64,000 nt of DNA from a candidate division WOR-3 bacterium (GTDB lineage: Bacteria > Hydrothermota > Hydrothermia > JBDRYB01), in the NCBI GenBank assembly GCA_039803205.1, contig JBDRYB010000003.1, forward strand, positions 32,001-96,000. Direction: 5' to 3'. Within the stretch, counting starts at the first letter, position 1, and every line of letters starts with the position of its first letter. The translations under genes and the position numbers were made by a program. Below, piece by piece: positions 29,359 to 38,274 of this stretch. The notes beneath the pieces are model-generated. The model made no database searches and had not been told where the DNA came from. It saw nothing but the letters and a program-made list of their open reading frames with translations.

Positions 29359-30881
29359 CTCACAACCGCCTTTCCTTTATATGGCCCTGCCTGCCATAGA
29401 TAGACGCCAGGATCAAGGGGGATGCGGGTTTGGCCCGCGATTAGATGTGTTGAAGAGGACAGGCGGCCATCCGGAGAATATATTTTCAATTCGGCCTCAG
29501 CTGTCGCATTGAAAATGAGAGCATGGGAAACTGGAAAACAGATCACTTCTGCGTCAAACCCGGCAGTCTCATCAACGCTTTCATAGACAGGGGCACAGAT
29601 ATTGACTGATAGTGGTGTAATTGGTGGCGTCACAGAAATACCGGGGGTTCCGGTGGAGTGAGTCCATGGGGATGGGGACACGGAAAGATTTGAGGTAGCA
29701 AAAGTGGGAGTGACGAGACCCGGAGATTGATCAAGCACACACCCAGAATAGGTTCCGTCTGCGGCTGTTCTAAGCAGAAACCCATCCCTTTGGTTAAAGT
29801 CAAAGGTGGTGCCAGCGATCGCAAGACTGCCATCCGGGAGCTGGAGGACAGAAAAAGCCCTCTCCCAACCTAAGGCATTGAATGTCTTTGTCCAAAACAA
29901 ACTCCCGTCGGCTGAGCTGAACTTCATGATCTGAGCCTCGTCCCCAAACGGAGGTAGAATTTTCGTTTTGCCCACGACCACGAACCCTTCATCTGCCGTT
30001 TGGATTATGGAGTTGCCAATTTCCTGTACGCCTGTCGTTGTTTTTGCCCAGGAAAGGTTTCCAAGAGAGTTTGTCCTGATAACCATAAGTCTTGGTATAT
30101 CCGCGAGATCAGGATCCGTCGCACCGGTTATGGCAAATCCACCATCCGAGGTTGGGACTACGGATAGGCCCACATCAAATATTGAATGATTTCCGTCAAC
30201 CATACCGTAGAAGGCTTTTGCTCTTCCTACGGATCCATCGGGGTTCAATACCAGTAACAGGGTGGCATTCTCTAAGGTAAAATCAATGTATTCCCCGGTA
30301 AAAACATAGCCGTCATCGTATGTCTGGGTCATGAATACATCCTGGGCCCGTGTATTGTATGACTTAGCCCAGCTTTCGTTTCCGGCCGCGGTAAGCTTGA
30401 GAAGCAGTATATTGGAATTATCAGACCCTCCTACTGCGTATCCCCCGACCCCTGGGGTCTCAATTACGGACCTGGCTTCTTCCCAACCCGAGGTTCCAAA
30501 GGTCTTCGCCCATGAAATATTTCCATCCTGATCCAGCCTCAGTACGAGCATATCTCTTGAACCAGCGCCGAAACTCTCTGTGTAACCAGCTATAACAAAG
30601 CCTCCGTCATCTGTGCATATCACAGACCAAGCGCCGTCATTATTTGCTCCTCCGTATGCCTTGGCCCATTGGATATTTTTGCCATCCGAGGTTAACACAA
30701 CGAGTAAAGCATCCGTGCCTCCGGCACCATAACTATTCGTTGTTCCCGCCAACGCAAAACCTCCACTGCCAGGCATCCGTGCCACGGAGTAGATGTATTC
30801 ATCACCCGTTGTCCAACCATAAGTTTTAGCAAATAGCGTCAAGGCCACAAGCACATCCATCATTATAAAGAGCCCTGTCAT
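29355..30881 (-). CDS. Secreted beta-propeller protein with conserved C-terminal domain
   Basis: Same repeat type; ends GQTRIPLDPGVYLWQAGPYKGKAVVR. Confidence 0.85.
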   Translation of the reverse strand: MTGLFIMMDVLVALTLFAKTYGWTTGDEYIYSVARMPGSGGFALAGTTNSYGAGGTDALLVVLTSDGKNIQWAKAYGGANNDGAWSVICTDDGGFVIAGYTESFGAGSRDMLVLRLDQDGNISWAKTFGTSGWEEARSVIETPGVGGYAVGGSDNSNILLLKLTAAGNESWAKSYNTRAQDVFMTQTYDDGYVFTGEYIDFTLENATLLLVLNPDGSVGRAKAFYGMVDGNHSIFDVGLSVVPTSDGGFAITGATDPDLADIPRLMVIRTNSLGNLSWAKTTTGVQEIGNSIIQTADEGFVVVGKTKILPPFGDEAQIMKFSSADGSLFWTKTFNALGWERAFSVLQLPDGSLAIAGTTFDFNQRDGFLLRTAADGTYSGCVLDQSPGLVTPTFATSNLSVSPSPWTHSTGTPGISVTPPITPLSVNICAPVYESVDETAGFDAEVICFPVSHALIFNATAEAELKIYSPDGRLSSSTHLIAGQTRIPLDPGVYLWQAGPYKGKAVVR

Positions 30882-30979
30882 GTTAAAGCCTCCGTATGGT
30901 TTTTGTTTTCAAAGCAAATGCAGGCCGGCCGGGTTTTAACGGGAGGTGCAGAGATCCCCGGCCGGCCCTTTGTTTTCAT
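30878..30979 (-). CDS. 33-aa linker ORF / hairpin element
   Basis: MKTKGRPGISAPPVKTRPACICFENKNHTEALT*; ATGA overlap at both ends; 11-bp stem GGCCGGCCGGG/CCCGGCCGGCC. Confidence 0.55.
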   Translation of the reverse strand: MKTKGRPGISAPPVKTRPACICFENKNHTEALT

Positions 30980-31057
30980 CTTACCACTGCCTTTCCTTTA
31001 TATGGCCCCGCTTGCCACAGATAGACGCCGGGATCAAGGGGGATGCGGGTTTGGCCC
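30878..31057 (-). repeat. ~180-bp direct repeat unit (3' end of cargo gene plus linker), copy 1
   Basis: Near-identical to 32487-32665 and 34108-34285; the gene-end part also recurs at 29355-29436. Confidence 0.9.
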
Positions 31058-32490
31058 TTCTTGAGCTCCCCGGAGTAAGCGAGACGGCCATCGGCTCCGT
31101 ATATCCTTAAATCAATATCTTCCCATAGGCTAAAAAGAAGGCCTCCGGAAACAAGAGAACAGGTTATCCTGTCTTTCAACACTGCGGCCTCGTTTTCTCG
31201 TGCGTCAAGGGGGGCACAGAGATCTGTCACAATGAGTGTGGGCGCAGTTATTACTGGGCTTGCAGCTCCCATGGACGGGATATAATTCACTCCCACAGAA
31301 CGGGAAGAAGTGTTCGGAGACCAGGCATTGATAGAGGGCGAACAAGAGCTCACACATCCAGGATAATCCCCATTACCGTCCACCTTTAGGAGGAGAAATC
31401 CTTGATCAACATACCCCATAATAGCAAGATCCCCATCCTGGGTTGGAATTATGCAATTAGCGCCATCATCGCTTGATGTCCCAAAGGTTCTGGCTCCCAA
31501 AAGGTTTCCAGAAGCATCCAGCTTGACAACGAAGAAATCCTCACCACCTATACCAAAACTCTTCGTACCTCCAGCGATCACGAGATCGCCATCCTGAGTC
31601 TGCATTATAGATCTCCCGTCATCGTCGTTCACGCCACCTATGGTTTTGGCCCAAGAAAGAGAACCATCCGAAGCTAGTTTGAGCACGAAGAGATCATGCC
31701 CTCCAACACCGGAGCTCTGTGTATGTCCTGTGATTACAAAGCCGCCGTCAAAGGTCTGGATTATAGCTGTGGGACAACCTGGCTCTTCATCGCTTGAACC
31801 CCCAAAGGTCCTAGCCCATATGGGAGAACCATTTGAGTTCAACCTGAGTATAAGTAAATCACTGCCGCCCACGGTAAAACTTCTTGTCCATCCTGCGACC
31901 GCAAAACCGCCATCTGTTGTTTGAACTATGGAGTGGGCTATGTCTTGATTTGTTCCCCCATAGGTCCAGGCCCACATAAAGTTCCCATTCGCATCCGTCT
32001 TGAGCACAAAGAAATCGTAACTCCCAGCGCCGGAACTGGAAGTGAATCCAGCCACCACAAGACCGTTGTCCGCAGTTAAGACTGCAGAGTGAGCCTGATC
32101 ATATCCGTCTCCGCCGAAGGTCTTATACCACTGAAGGTCGCCGCTGGAATTAAACTTGGAAATAAAGAGGTTCTCATCTCCAAAGCTATATGTCTCGCCC
32201 ACGATCGCGAACCCGTTGTCACTGGTCTGAACTATGCAGTGACTGTGATCGAATCTGGTCCCTTGTATTACCTGGGCCCAAGTTATGTTTCCGGATGGGT
32301 TCATTTTGAACACTAGGCAATCCGTACCATCTCCAAGCCCAAGATCAATCGGTCTCGTAACCAAGTAGCCACCATCAGTGGTTTGGATGACAGAGCCTGC
32401 GTAGTATTCAATGCCCGTCATGTCTTCTACAGACCTAGCGAACTTACCCTGCGCCAAGAGCGCGCTTGTGGTGATAAAAAAGCATGTCAT
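30976..32490 (-). CDS. Secreted beta-propeller protein with conserved C-terminal domain
   Basis: Same repeat type; ends GQTRIPLDPGVYLWQAGPYKGKAVVR. Confidence 0.85.
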   Translation of the reverse strand: MTCFFITTSALLAQGKFARSVEDMTGIEYYAGSVIQTTDGGYLVTRPIDLGLGDGTDCLVFKMNPSGNITWAQVIQGTRFDHSHCIVQTSDNGFAIVGETYSFGDENLFISKFNSSGDLQWYKTFGGDGYDQAHSAVLTADNGLVVAGFTSSSGAGSYDFFVLKTDANGNFMWAWTYGGTNQDIAHSIVQTTDGGFAVAGWTRSFTVGGSDLLILRLNSNGSPIWARTFGGSSDEEPGCPTAIIQTFDGGFVITGHTQSSGVGGHDLFVLKLASDGSLSWAKTIGGVNDDDGRSIMQTQDGDLVIAGGTKSFGIGGEDFFVVKLDASGNLLGARTFGTSSDDGANCIIPTQDGDLAIMGYVDQGFLLLKVDGNGDYPGCVSSCSPSINAWSPNTSSRSVGVNYIPSMGAASPVITAPTLIVTDLCAPLDARENEAAVLKDRITCSLVSGGLLFSLWEDIDLRIYGADGRLAYSGELKKGQTRIPLDPGVYLWQAGPYKGKAVVR

Positions 32491-32588
32491 GATGAAACCT
32501 CCGTATGGTTTTTGTTTTCAAGGCAAATGTGGGCCGGCCGGGTTTTAACGGGAGGTGCAGAGATTCCCGACCGGCCCTTGGTTTTCAT
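32487..32588 (-). CDS. 33-aa linker ORF / hairpin element
   Basis: MKTKGRSGISAPPVKTRPAHICLENKNHTEVSS*; ATGA overlap at both ends; stem carries a C>T change that keeps a G-U pair. Confidence 0.55.
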   Translation of the reverse strand: MKTKGRSGISAPPVKTRPAHICLENKNHTEVSS

Positions 32589-32665
32589 CTCACAACCGCC
32601 TTTCCTTTATATGGCCCTGCCTGCCATAGATAGACGCCAGAATCAAGGGGGATGCGGGTCTGACC
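32487..32665 (-). repeat. ~180-bp direct repeat unit, copy 2
   Basis: Direct comparison with 30878-31057 and 34108-34285. Confidence 0.9.
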
Positions 32666-34111
32666 TTTTTCCAGGTTATCTGAGATGGCCACGCGGCCAT
32701 CGGCCGAGTAGAGCTTTATGGGCAGGGCCTCGTTGGATACGAAGAGAACACCACCGGTGACCGGCGAACAGGTTATCCAGCCATGAGAGCCAGGATTGAT
32801 CTCCTCAACATGCTCGTAAAGGGGCTGGCAGACATCGGTTACTGTCGGCGCGGAAGCCGTAGTGATGAAATCCAGGTTTGTGGTGGTATGAGTCCAAGCG
32901 GGAGCAGAGATACTGAGATCTGGCGTCAGAAAATCGGGGGTCCCCAGGGGCGGCACCTGATCAACTACACAGTCGGAATAATCCCCGTTTCCGTCCATCT
33001 TCAGAAAAGCAATATCATGCTCTCCGACGGGAATGTTGAATGTGTTTCCCGCGACCGCGAACCCCCCGTCCGGTGTCAGAATTATGGACTGGGCGTGGTC
33101 ATCAACAGTCGCGTTGAAAGTCCTGGACCACAGGACGCCACCGGTTACATTGTCCATTTTCATGATCAGGAAATCATTGTTCATGGTTCTTGTGTGCCCT
33201 GCGGCCACGAGTCCCCCGTCCGAGGTCTGGACTATGGATGTGGCGTAATCGTGTATGCCTGTCGCTACCGTTGCCCAGGAGAGATCACCGTCGGAATCTG
33301 TTTTCATGACCATAAACATCGGCAGATCCCCCACGAAATTGCCTACTTCCGTTATGCCAGCGACCGTAAAACCCCCATCAGAGGTCTGGATTATGAAGTT
33401 GCCCTGATCAGCCCAGGTGTGAAGTCCGCCAACCATCCCAAAAAAGAACCTCGTCCAGAGGACAGACCCATCCGGATTCAGCCTAAGGATAGGGATGGCA
33501 TTATCGCTGTATATCGCGTCTTCATAGATCACCCCCGTGATAGCATATCCGCCATCGCTTGTTTGAACTATGGAATAGGCCTCTCCTAACCATCCCGGCC
33601 CATAATAATATCTTGCCCAGTTCGTATTTCCATCAGCGTCAAGCCTGAGGGCAATCAGGTTATTACCCCATGCCCCTATGGCATAGCCTCCGTCCGTGGT
33701 TCTGATTATGGAGCGCCCCTCCTCGTAGGTCGCTCCTGCTCCATAGGTCTTTGCCCAGGATAGGTCTCCGTCAGGTTCCAGCTTGAGAACCAATATGTTC
33801 CTTCTTGGGCCAGCATAACGCGTGGTGCCTCCGGTGACGACAAACCCGCCATCTGTCGCCTGGACTATGGAATATCCCACATCAACGCTTGTGTCGCCGT
33901 ATGCCTTGGCCCACACGAGGTTCCCGTTCGGATCCAGCCTGATGACCAAGACATCATCTCCACCAGCGCCAAACGCCTGCGTGGTTCCGGCGAGCGCGAA
34001 CCCGCCGTCCGTGGTCTGGACCACGGAGTAGATGTAGTCATCGCCTGTCCATCCATAGGTCTTCGCGAAAAGGTTCTGCGAGACCAGCACAGATACTATT
34101 AAGGTGTTCAT
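32585..34111 (-). CDS. Secreted beta-propeller protein with conserved C-terminal domain
   Basis: Same repeat type, closest to 29355-30881 (FAKTYGWT, GMV.G.H); ends GQTRIPLDSGVYLWQAGPYKGKAVVR. Confidence 0.85.
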   Translation of the reverse strand: MNTLIVSVLVSQNLFAKTYGWTGDDYIYSVVQTTDGGFALAGTTQAFGAGGDDVLVIRLDPNGNLVWAKAYGDTSVDVGYSIVQATDGGFVVTGGTTRYAGPRRNILVLKLEPDGDLSWAKTYGAGATYEEGRSIIRTTDGGYAIGAWGNNLIALRLDADGNTNWARYYYGPGWLGEAYSIVQTSDGGYAITGVIYEDAIYSDNAIPILRLNPDGSVLWTRFFFGMVGGLHTWADQGNFIIQTSDGGFTVAGITEVGNFVGDLPMFMVMKTDSDGDLSWATVATGIHDYATSIVQTSDGGLVAAGHTRTMNNDFLIMKMDNVTGGVLWSRTFNATVDDHAQSIILTPDGGFAVAGNTFNIPVGEHDIAFLKMDGNGDYSDCVVDQVPPLGTPDFLTPDLSISAPAWTHTTTNLDFITTASAPTVTDVCQPLYEHVEEINPGSHGWITCSPVTGGVLFVSNEALPIKLYSADGRVAISDNLEKGQTRIPLDSGVYLWQAGPYKGKAVVR

Positions 34112-34209
34112 GTTAAAGCCTCCGTATGGTTTTTGTTTTCAAACAAAATGCAGGCCGGCCGGGTTTTAACGGGAGGTGCAGAGATCCCCGGCCGGCCCTT
34201 TGTTTTCAT
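34108..34209 (-). CDS. 33-aa linker ORF / hairpin element
   Basis: MKTKGRPGISAPPVKTRPACILFENKNHTEALT*; ATGA overlap at both ends. Confidence 0.55.
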   Translation of the reverse strand: MKTKGRPGISAPPVKTRPACILFENKNHTEALT

Positions 34210-34285
34210 CTCACAACCGCCTTTCCTTTATATGGTCCCGCTTGCCAGAGATAGACGCCAGGATCAAGGGGGATGCGGGTTTGGC
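34108..34285 (-). repeat. ~180-bp direct repeat unit, copy 3
   Basis: Direct comparison with the other two copies. Confidence 0.9.
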
Positions 34286-36329
34286 TAGGTCCTAGGAGTC
34301 CGGAGAAAAATAACCTGCCATCAGGGAGATATAGTCTAAGGAGGCTCTCTTTTTCGGAGGCAAAGATTAGCCCACCGGATACAGGAATACAAGTTATCCC
34401 TCCGGGGTGGTTATACGGATCATCTTGATAGTAATCCATCGGGGAGCATATACTTAAGGTGCTTAGACTAACAGAAGTCATAGAGGGTGCTATCGTGACG
34501 ACATATGGTGTGTATGACTTTCCTGTGTTAACATTCTCATCTACGACAGGTATATTTGTGAGGGTAGCCTGTTGCCAGTCCATAATACAGCCCGCGTAAT
34601 CCTGACTCGCATTTACCTTTAGTACGAGCAGGTCGTAGCTAGAGGCATAGCTATTAGAGTATCCCAGAACAGCAAATCCTCCGTCGTCGGTTATAGATAT
34701 ACTCAAGGATATGTCCGAGTTTGCCCCACCAAGCTTTTTGACCCATAGGAGGTTGCCGCCGCCGTCGATCTTAATTATGAAGATGTCATCGCTAAGACCC
34801 GAGAAAGAGCCAGTTACTATAAGATTGTCACCGTCTACACTAGTAGACCCATACACATTGGTAGCAGAGAGATATTTTGCCCAGATGGGGTCACCCACGG
34901 CATTCGTTCTAAGTATAACCACATAAGGGCTTCCGGTATTCATCTCGCCGGTAAATATGTATCCCCCATCCGGCATCTGAGCTATATCCACCACGCCCTC
35001 TTGGTATGAGCCAAAATCATAAGTTTTTATCCATTCGGTAGCGCCAGATGAGCTAAGCTTAACCACGAAGAAGTTCCAGGGGTTCGAACCGAAATATCTC
35101 GTATATCCTCCGAGGATATAACCCCCGTCGCTTGTTTGCCTTATTCTCCATAGTCCATCGTGATTGCTTGATCCGAAGGCCCGAGCCCATTCTATATTGC
35201 TGTTTTGATCCGGCTTGTAGATAGCTCCATCCCAGCATCCGTAGCCCCAATCATCGGACCACACAGAACCGCCATCGCTGGTAAGGATAAGCGAGTTGCC
35301 GTTGCTTCCGCCCGTTGGCCCGAATACCTTTTTGCTCCATATGTGGTTCCCGGAAAGATCGTAACGGAAAAGCCAAGCATCCCATGTGCTCGTTGAAGTG
35401 TTCCAGAGATAACCGGCCGCTGTAAGATTTCCGTCAGAGGTTTGCACGATCCCCCTCACATAGTCCGCGCCAGCCGCGCCAAGAACCCTTGTCCAGATTT
35501 GATTTCCTGAGGCGTCAAACCTGGAGATCATTGCGTCGCCGTTTCCGACGCCCCAGCTATCGGTTCTGCATCCTACCACAAAGCCATCGTCTGATGTCCG
35601 AGTTACATTTGGAAAGATGTAGTCATCGTTTGGGCCCCCTATTGTTCTGTTCCAGAGCAGATTACCAGATTTGTCAAACCTGCAGATGAGGGTTTCCCAG
35701 CCTCCCGCACCTACTCCGGTTATACTACCGACAGCAACTACCCCGCTATCGGGTGTTGCTGCTATTCCGCGTCCTTCAGCTGCTTGGCCCGATAGGCCTA
35801 TACATCTCGTCCATTGATGGTTCCCTGCCGAGTCAAGCTTTACAACTATAAGGCTACTGAAGGTACTGGGACCAAAGCTCCACGAGCTCCCGACTATAGC
35901 AAAGCCATTATCGGCGGTTTTGATAATGCCACCCGCTTCATCAGCGTTAGTGCCTCCAATTGTTTTTGCCCAAAGAAGATTCCCGTTGGGATCAAGCTTG
36001 GCTATCAGAATATCGCGGTTGCCAGCACCCCATAAGGATGTGTAAGCGGTCACCGCAAAGCCGCCATCGGATGCTAGGGTCATGTATGAGCCCCAATCAT
36101 TTGGGCCACCCTCTATCATCCTGCTCCAAATATGATTTCCCAGGCTGTCAAACCTAGAGACTATGGAGCCATAGCCAAAGCTTATTGCGTGTCCGGATAA
36201 GGCGTAACCATTGTCAGGGGTCTGGACGACCGAGAATGCCCTATCGTAATTTGTCCCCCCGAGAACACTGATGAAGTTAACCTGTTGCGCTTGGCTTATC
36301 CCCGTAATGAACAGCATAACCTTTTTCAT
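34206..36329 (-). CDS. Long secreted beta-propeller protein with conserved C-terminal domain
   Basis: More repeats than its neighbours (707 aa); ends SQTRIPLDPGVYLWQAGPYKGKAVVR. Confidence 0.85.
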   Translation of the reverse strand: MKKVMLFITGISQAQQVNFISVLGGTNYDRAFSVVQTPDNGYALSGHAISFGYGSIVSRFDSLGNHIWSRMIEGGPNDWGSYMTLASDGGFAVTAYTSLWGAGNRDILIAKLDPNGNLLWAKTIGGTNADEAGGIIKTADNGFAIVGSSWSFGPSTFSSLIVVKLDSAGNHQWTRCIGLSGQAAEGRGIAATPDSGVVAVGSITGVGAGGWETLICRFDKSGNLLWNRTIGGPNDDYIFPNVTRTSDDGFVVGCRTDSWGVGNGDAMISRFDASGNQIWTRVLGAAGADYVRGIVQTSDGNLTAAGYLWNTSTSTWDAWLFRYDLSGNHIWSKKVFGPTGGSNGNSLILTSDGGSVWSDDWGYGCWDGAIYKPDQNSNIEWARAFGSSNHDGLWRIRQTSDGGYILGGYTRYFGSNPWNFFVVKLSSSGATEWIKTYDFGSYQEGVVDIAQMPDGGYIFTGEMNTGSPYVVILRTNAVGDPIWAKYLSATNVYGSTSVDGDNLIVTGSFSGLSDDIFIIKIDGGGNLLWVKKLGGANSDISLSISITDDGGFAVLGYSNSYASSYDLLVLKVNASQDYAGCIMDWQQATLTNIPVVDENVNTGKSYTPYVVTIAPSMTSVSLSTLSICSPMDYYQDDPYNHPGGITCIPVSGGLIFASEKESLLRLYLPDGRLFFSGLLGPSQTRIPLDPGVYLWQAGPYKGKAVVR

Positions 36330-36346
36330 ATTAGAACCTTTGAAAC

Positions 36347-37945
36347 CTACTTGCTTAAGGTGAAGCTTACTTTAAGTCTCTTGTTCTCATGCTCCACCAG
36401 GGCAACATAAAGCCCCTTTCTCAGCTCGAGGCTCAGCAAGTTCTCTCCCGGCGAAAGCCTCGTTTCCTTTGAGATAACTAGACAGCCAACGGGGTCATAT
36501 ATCCTTATCCTGGCTTCGCCGCCCCTCTGTGAAACAACATGAAGGTTGTTCCCAGAGAACCAAGCCTTTGGCCCGGATTCCAACTGAGGAGTCTCTTCTG
36601 ATTCTTCGTAAACTGGCCCACAGCCGGCTCCCGGTGCGTCTATGATCCACAGGTTTCTATTTGTTCCTGGGCCAGCCAGGGTTATCTCAGAACACCCGTC
36701 CCCATCCGTATCCCCTATGGTCACATCATGCCCATCAGAACAGTAGGGAGCCTCAACCTTCCACTGCTTCGCGCCGCTTTCCCCAGCGAGGCAATACACC
36801 CACCCCGGATATGTCTGAGCGATGACCTCCCAGCGTCCGTCGCCATCAATATCCGCAATAGCAACGCCCCTGTGGACATCTCCGGCCAGGGTATCCGAGC
36901 GCCAGATCACATTGCCATCATATCCCCTGAAGCAGTGAACGCGATCATAGAGGTCTGGAGCAGTGCTTGCTGATCCGCCTGACCCTATAACAACATCGAG
37001 CCAGCCATCGCCGTTCAGGTCAGCTATGCCCATTCCTTGCTTGTAGACACCACCGCCAGAAGGGACCCTCTGGCGCCAAAGGATACTGAAGCTTGTGCCC
37101 GATGGTTTCAGGCACCAGAGGGAGTCCGGGCTCACTCTGTATATGAAGACCTCCATTATTCCGTCTTTGTCCACATCCGCGATAGCAGGGGCTGATTTGG
37201 TGGTTCCGGCTCCCAGATATAGGCTGGCAAGCCTGACCCCTGTTTTAGCGTTCCATATTATCAGGGTATCATCCCCTGAAGTTGAGACCACCTCAGGGTC
37301 TCCGCCTGGCATAACCTGGCCAACAGCGGGCGCGTAATCCCCGTTAAGGGCCCGTGCGGACCAGAGCTTTGAACCGTTAACTGGGTTCAAGCACCAGAGA
37401 GAATCAAGCCTCTCGTCACCGAAAAGCACCTCAGTTTTGCCATCCCCATCCACATCGTAGAGGGTTGGGGAGGTTGGATTCAGGCCGTTGTAAGGGCCAT
37501 ACCATCCGGGCCAGTCGGTTTCCCCGGTTGCGGCATTCCTGCACCACATAGCGCCAACATCCTCGCTGGTATATATGTTTGCGTGGAGCATCTCAACTGT
37601 TCCGTCGTTGTCTATGTCCCAAACGGCAAAGGCAGTGCCCTGTGAGCGCGTATTGGCCAGAGGCCATGTCCAGGCCACCTGGTATGAACCCTGATACCTG
37701 ATCGCCCATATGCAGTCAGGATCTCCCCCCACATTGGCCAGGAATATGTAGGAGACTCCGCCTATAACTGCAATAGCCGGCCCCTCTGATTCCGTGGCCC
37801 CTCCCAGATCAATGGATGTAACGCTTGGTGGGATGCTCATCGCTCCGCGCAGGAGTTGGACCCTTGTGTGCTGTGCATCGCCACCATACATGGGCCACCA
37901 ACCAGGCGCCCATGTCTGGGCTATCAGCAGGATTATTTTTATCAT
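36347..37945 (-). CDS. Secreted FG-GAP/PQQ-like beta-propeller with T9SS-like C-terminal domain
   Basis: WPMYGGDAQHT, repeated D(I/V/L)DGDG..EV calcium-blade motifs, C-terminal IYDPVG...LRKGLYV. Confidence 0.8.
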   Translation of the reverse strand: MIKIILLIAQTWAPGWWPMYGGDAQHTRVQLLRGAMSIPPSVTSIDLGGATESEGPAIAVIGGVSYIFLANVGGDPDCIWAIRYQGSYQVAWTWPLANTRSQGTAFAVWDIDNDGTVEMLHANIYTSEDVGAMWCRNAATGETDWPGWYGPYNGLNPTSPTLYDVDGDGKTEVLFGDERLDSLWCLNPVNGSKLWSARALNGDYAPAVGQVMPGGDPEVVSTSGDDTLIIWNAKTGVRLASLYLGAGTTKSAPAIADVDKDGIMEVFIYRVSPDSLWCLKPSGTSFSILWRQRVPSGGGVYKQGMGIADLNGDGWLDVVIGSGGSASTAPDLYDRVHCFRGYDGNVIWRSDTLAGDVHRGVAIADIDGDGRWEVIAQTYPGWVYCLAGESGAKQWKVEAPYCSDGHDVTIGDTDGDGCSEITLAGPGTNRNLWIIDAPGAGCGPVYEESEETPQLESGPKAWFSGNNLHVVSQRGGEARIRIYDPVGCLVISKETRLSPGENLLSLELRKGLYVALVEHENKRLKVSFTLSK

Positions 37946-37951
37946 TCTGCA

Positions 37952-38026
37952 CCTCCGTGCTTACGGCCCTATATTTTAGGGAATCAACTGAAACAGAACT
38001 GAAACGGAACCGGCGCGTTCCTTGTG
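37952..38026 (-). promoter_or_regulatory. Right copy of duplicated promoter: GTTTCAG-N4-GTTTCAG, TAAAAT -10 box, GGAGG RBS
   Basis: Minus strand CACAAGGAACGCGCCGGTTCCGTTTCAGTTCTGTTTCAGTTGATTCCCTAAAATATAGGGCCGTAAGCACGGAGG upstream of ATG 37945. Confidence 0.78.
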
Positions 38027-38274
38027 GAGGCTTCATGAAGATAGCTTTGGGGGATGCATCCGGTTTTCGGGGCACTACTGGCCCGGATCTGGCCTTTGGG
38101 ATAGAATATGTTCCACCTCCTTTGAACCTACTTCCTGCCGAGTTTCAACCACGAGGGTTCAAGGGCTAAAGGGGTGGGATGATCTTTCTGGGGTTCTATT
38201 GCTCAGAAACCCCCCTCTGAGAGAGTCGAAAATGGTGTTTTCAGGGATGCAAACAAAACCTCCCCTTTTCCCTC

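Noticed and set aside
30878..30915. Programmed -1 frameshift at GAAAACAAAAAC fusing the linker to the next protein
   Set aside because: Not a canonical X XXY YYZ heptamer, a good RBS precedes the downstream ATG, and the 29164-29358 copy would need the opposite shift.
32783..33589. 268-aa plus-strand ORF and similar long antisense ORFs (483-1100, 3121-3639, 15741-16334)
   Set aside because: They lie antisense to well-supported genes and have no recognisable motifs; treated as shadow ORFs.
29355..34285. Repeated spacers as a CRISPR array (TGAAAAC ends) or integron attC sites
   Set aside because: The units are separated by 1.5-kb genes, not 30-40 nt spacers. No cas gene or intact integron integrase is in the window, and I could not fit the RYYYAAC...GTTRRRY attC box structure.
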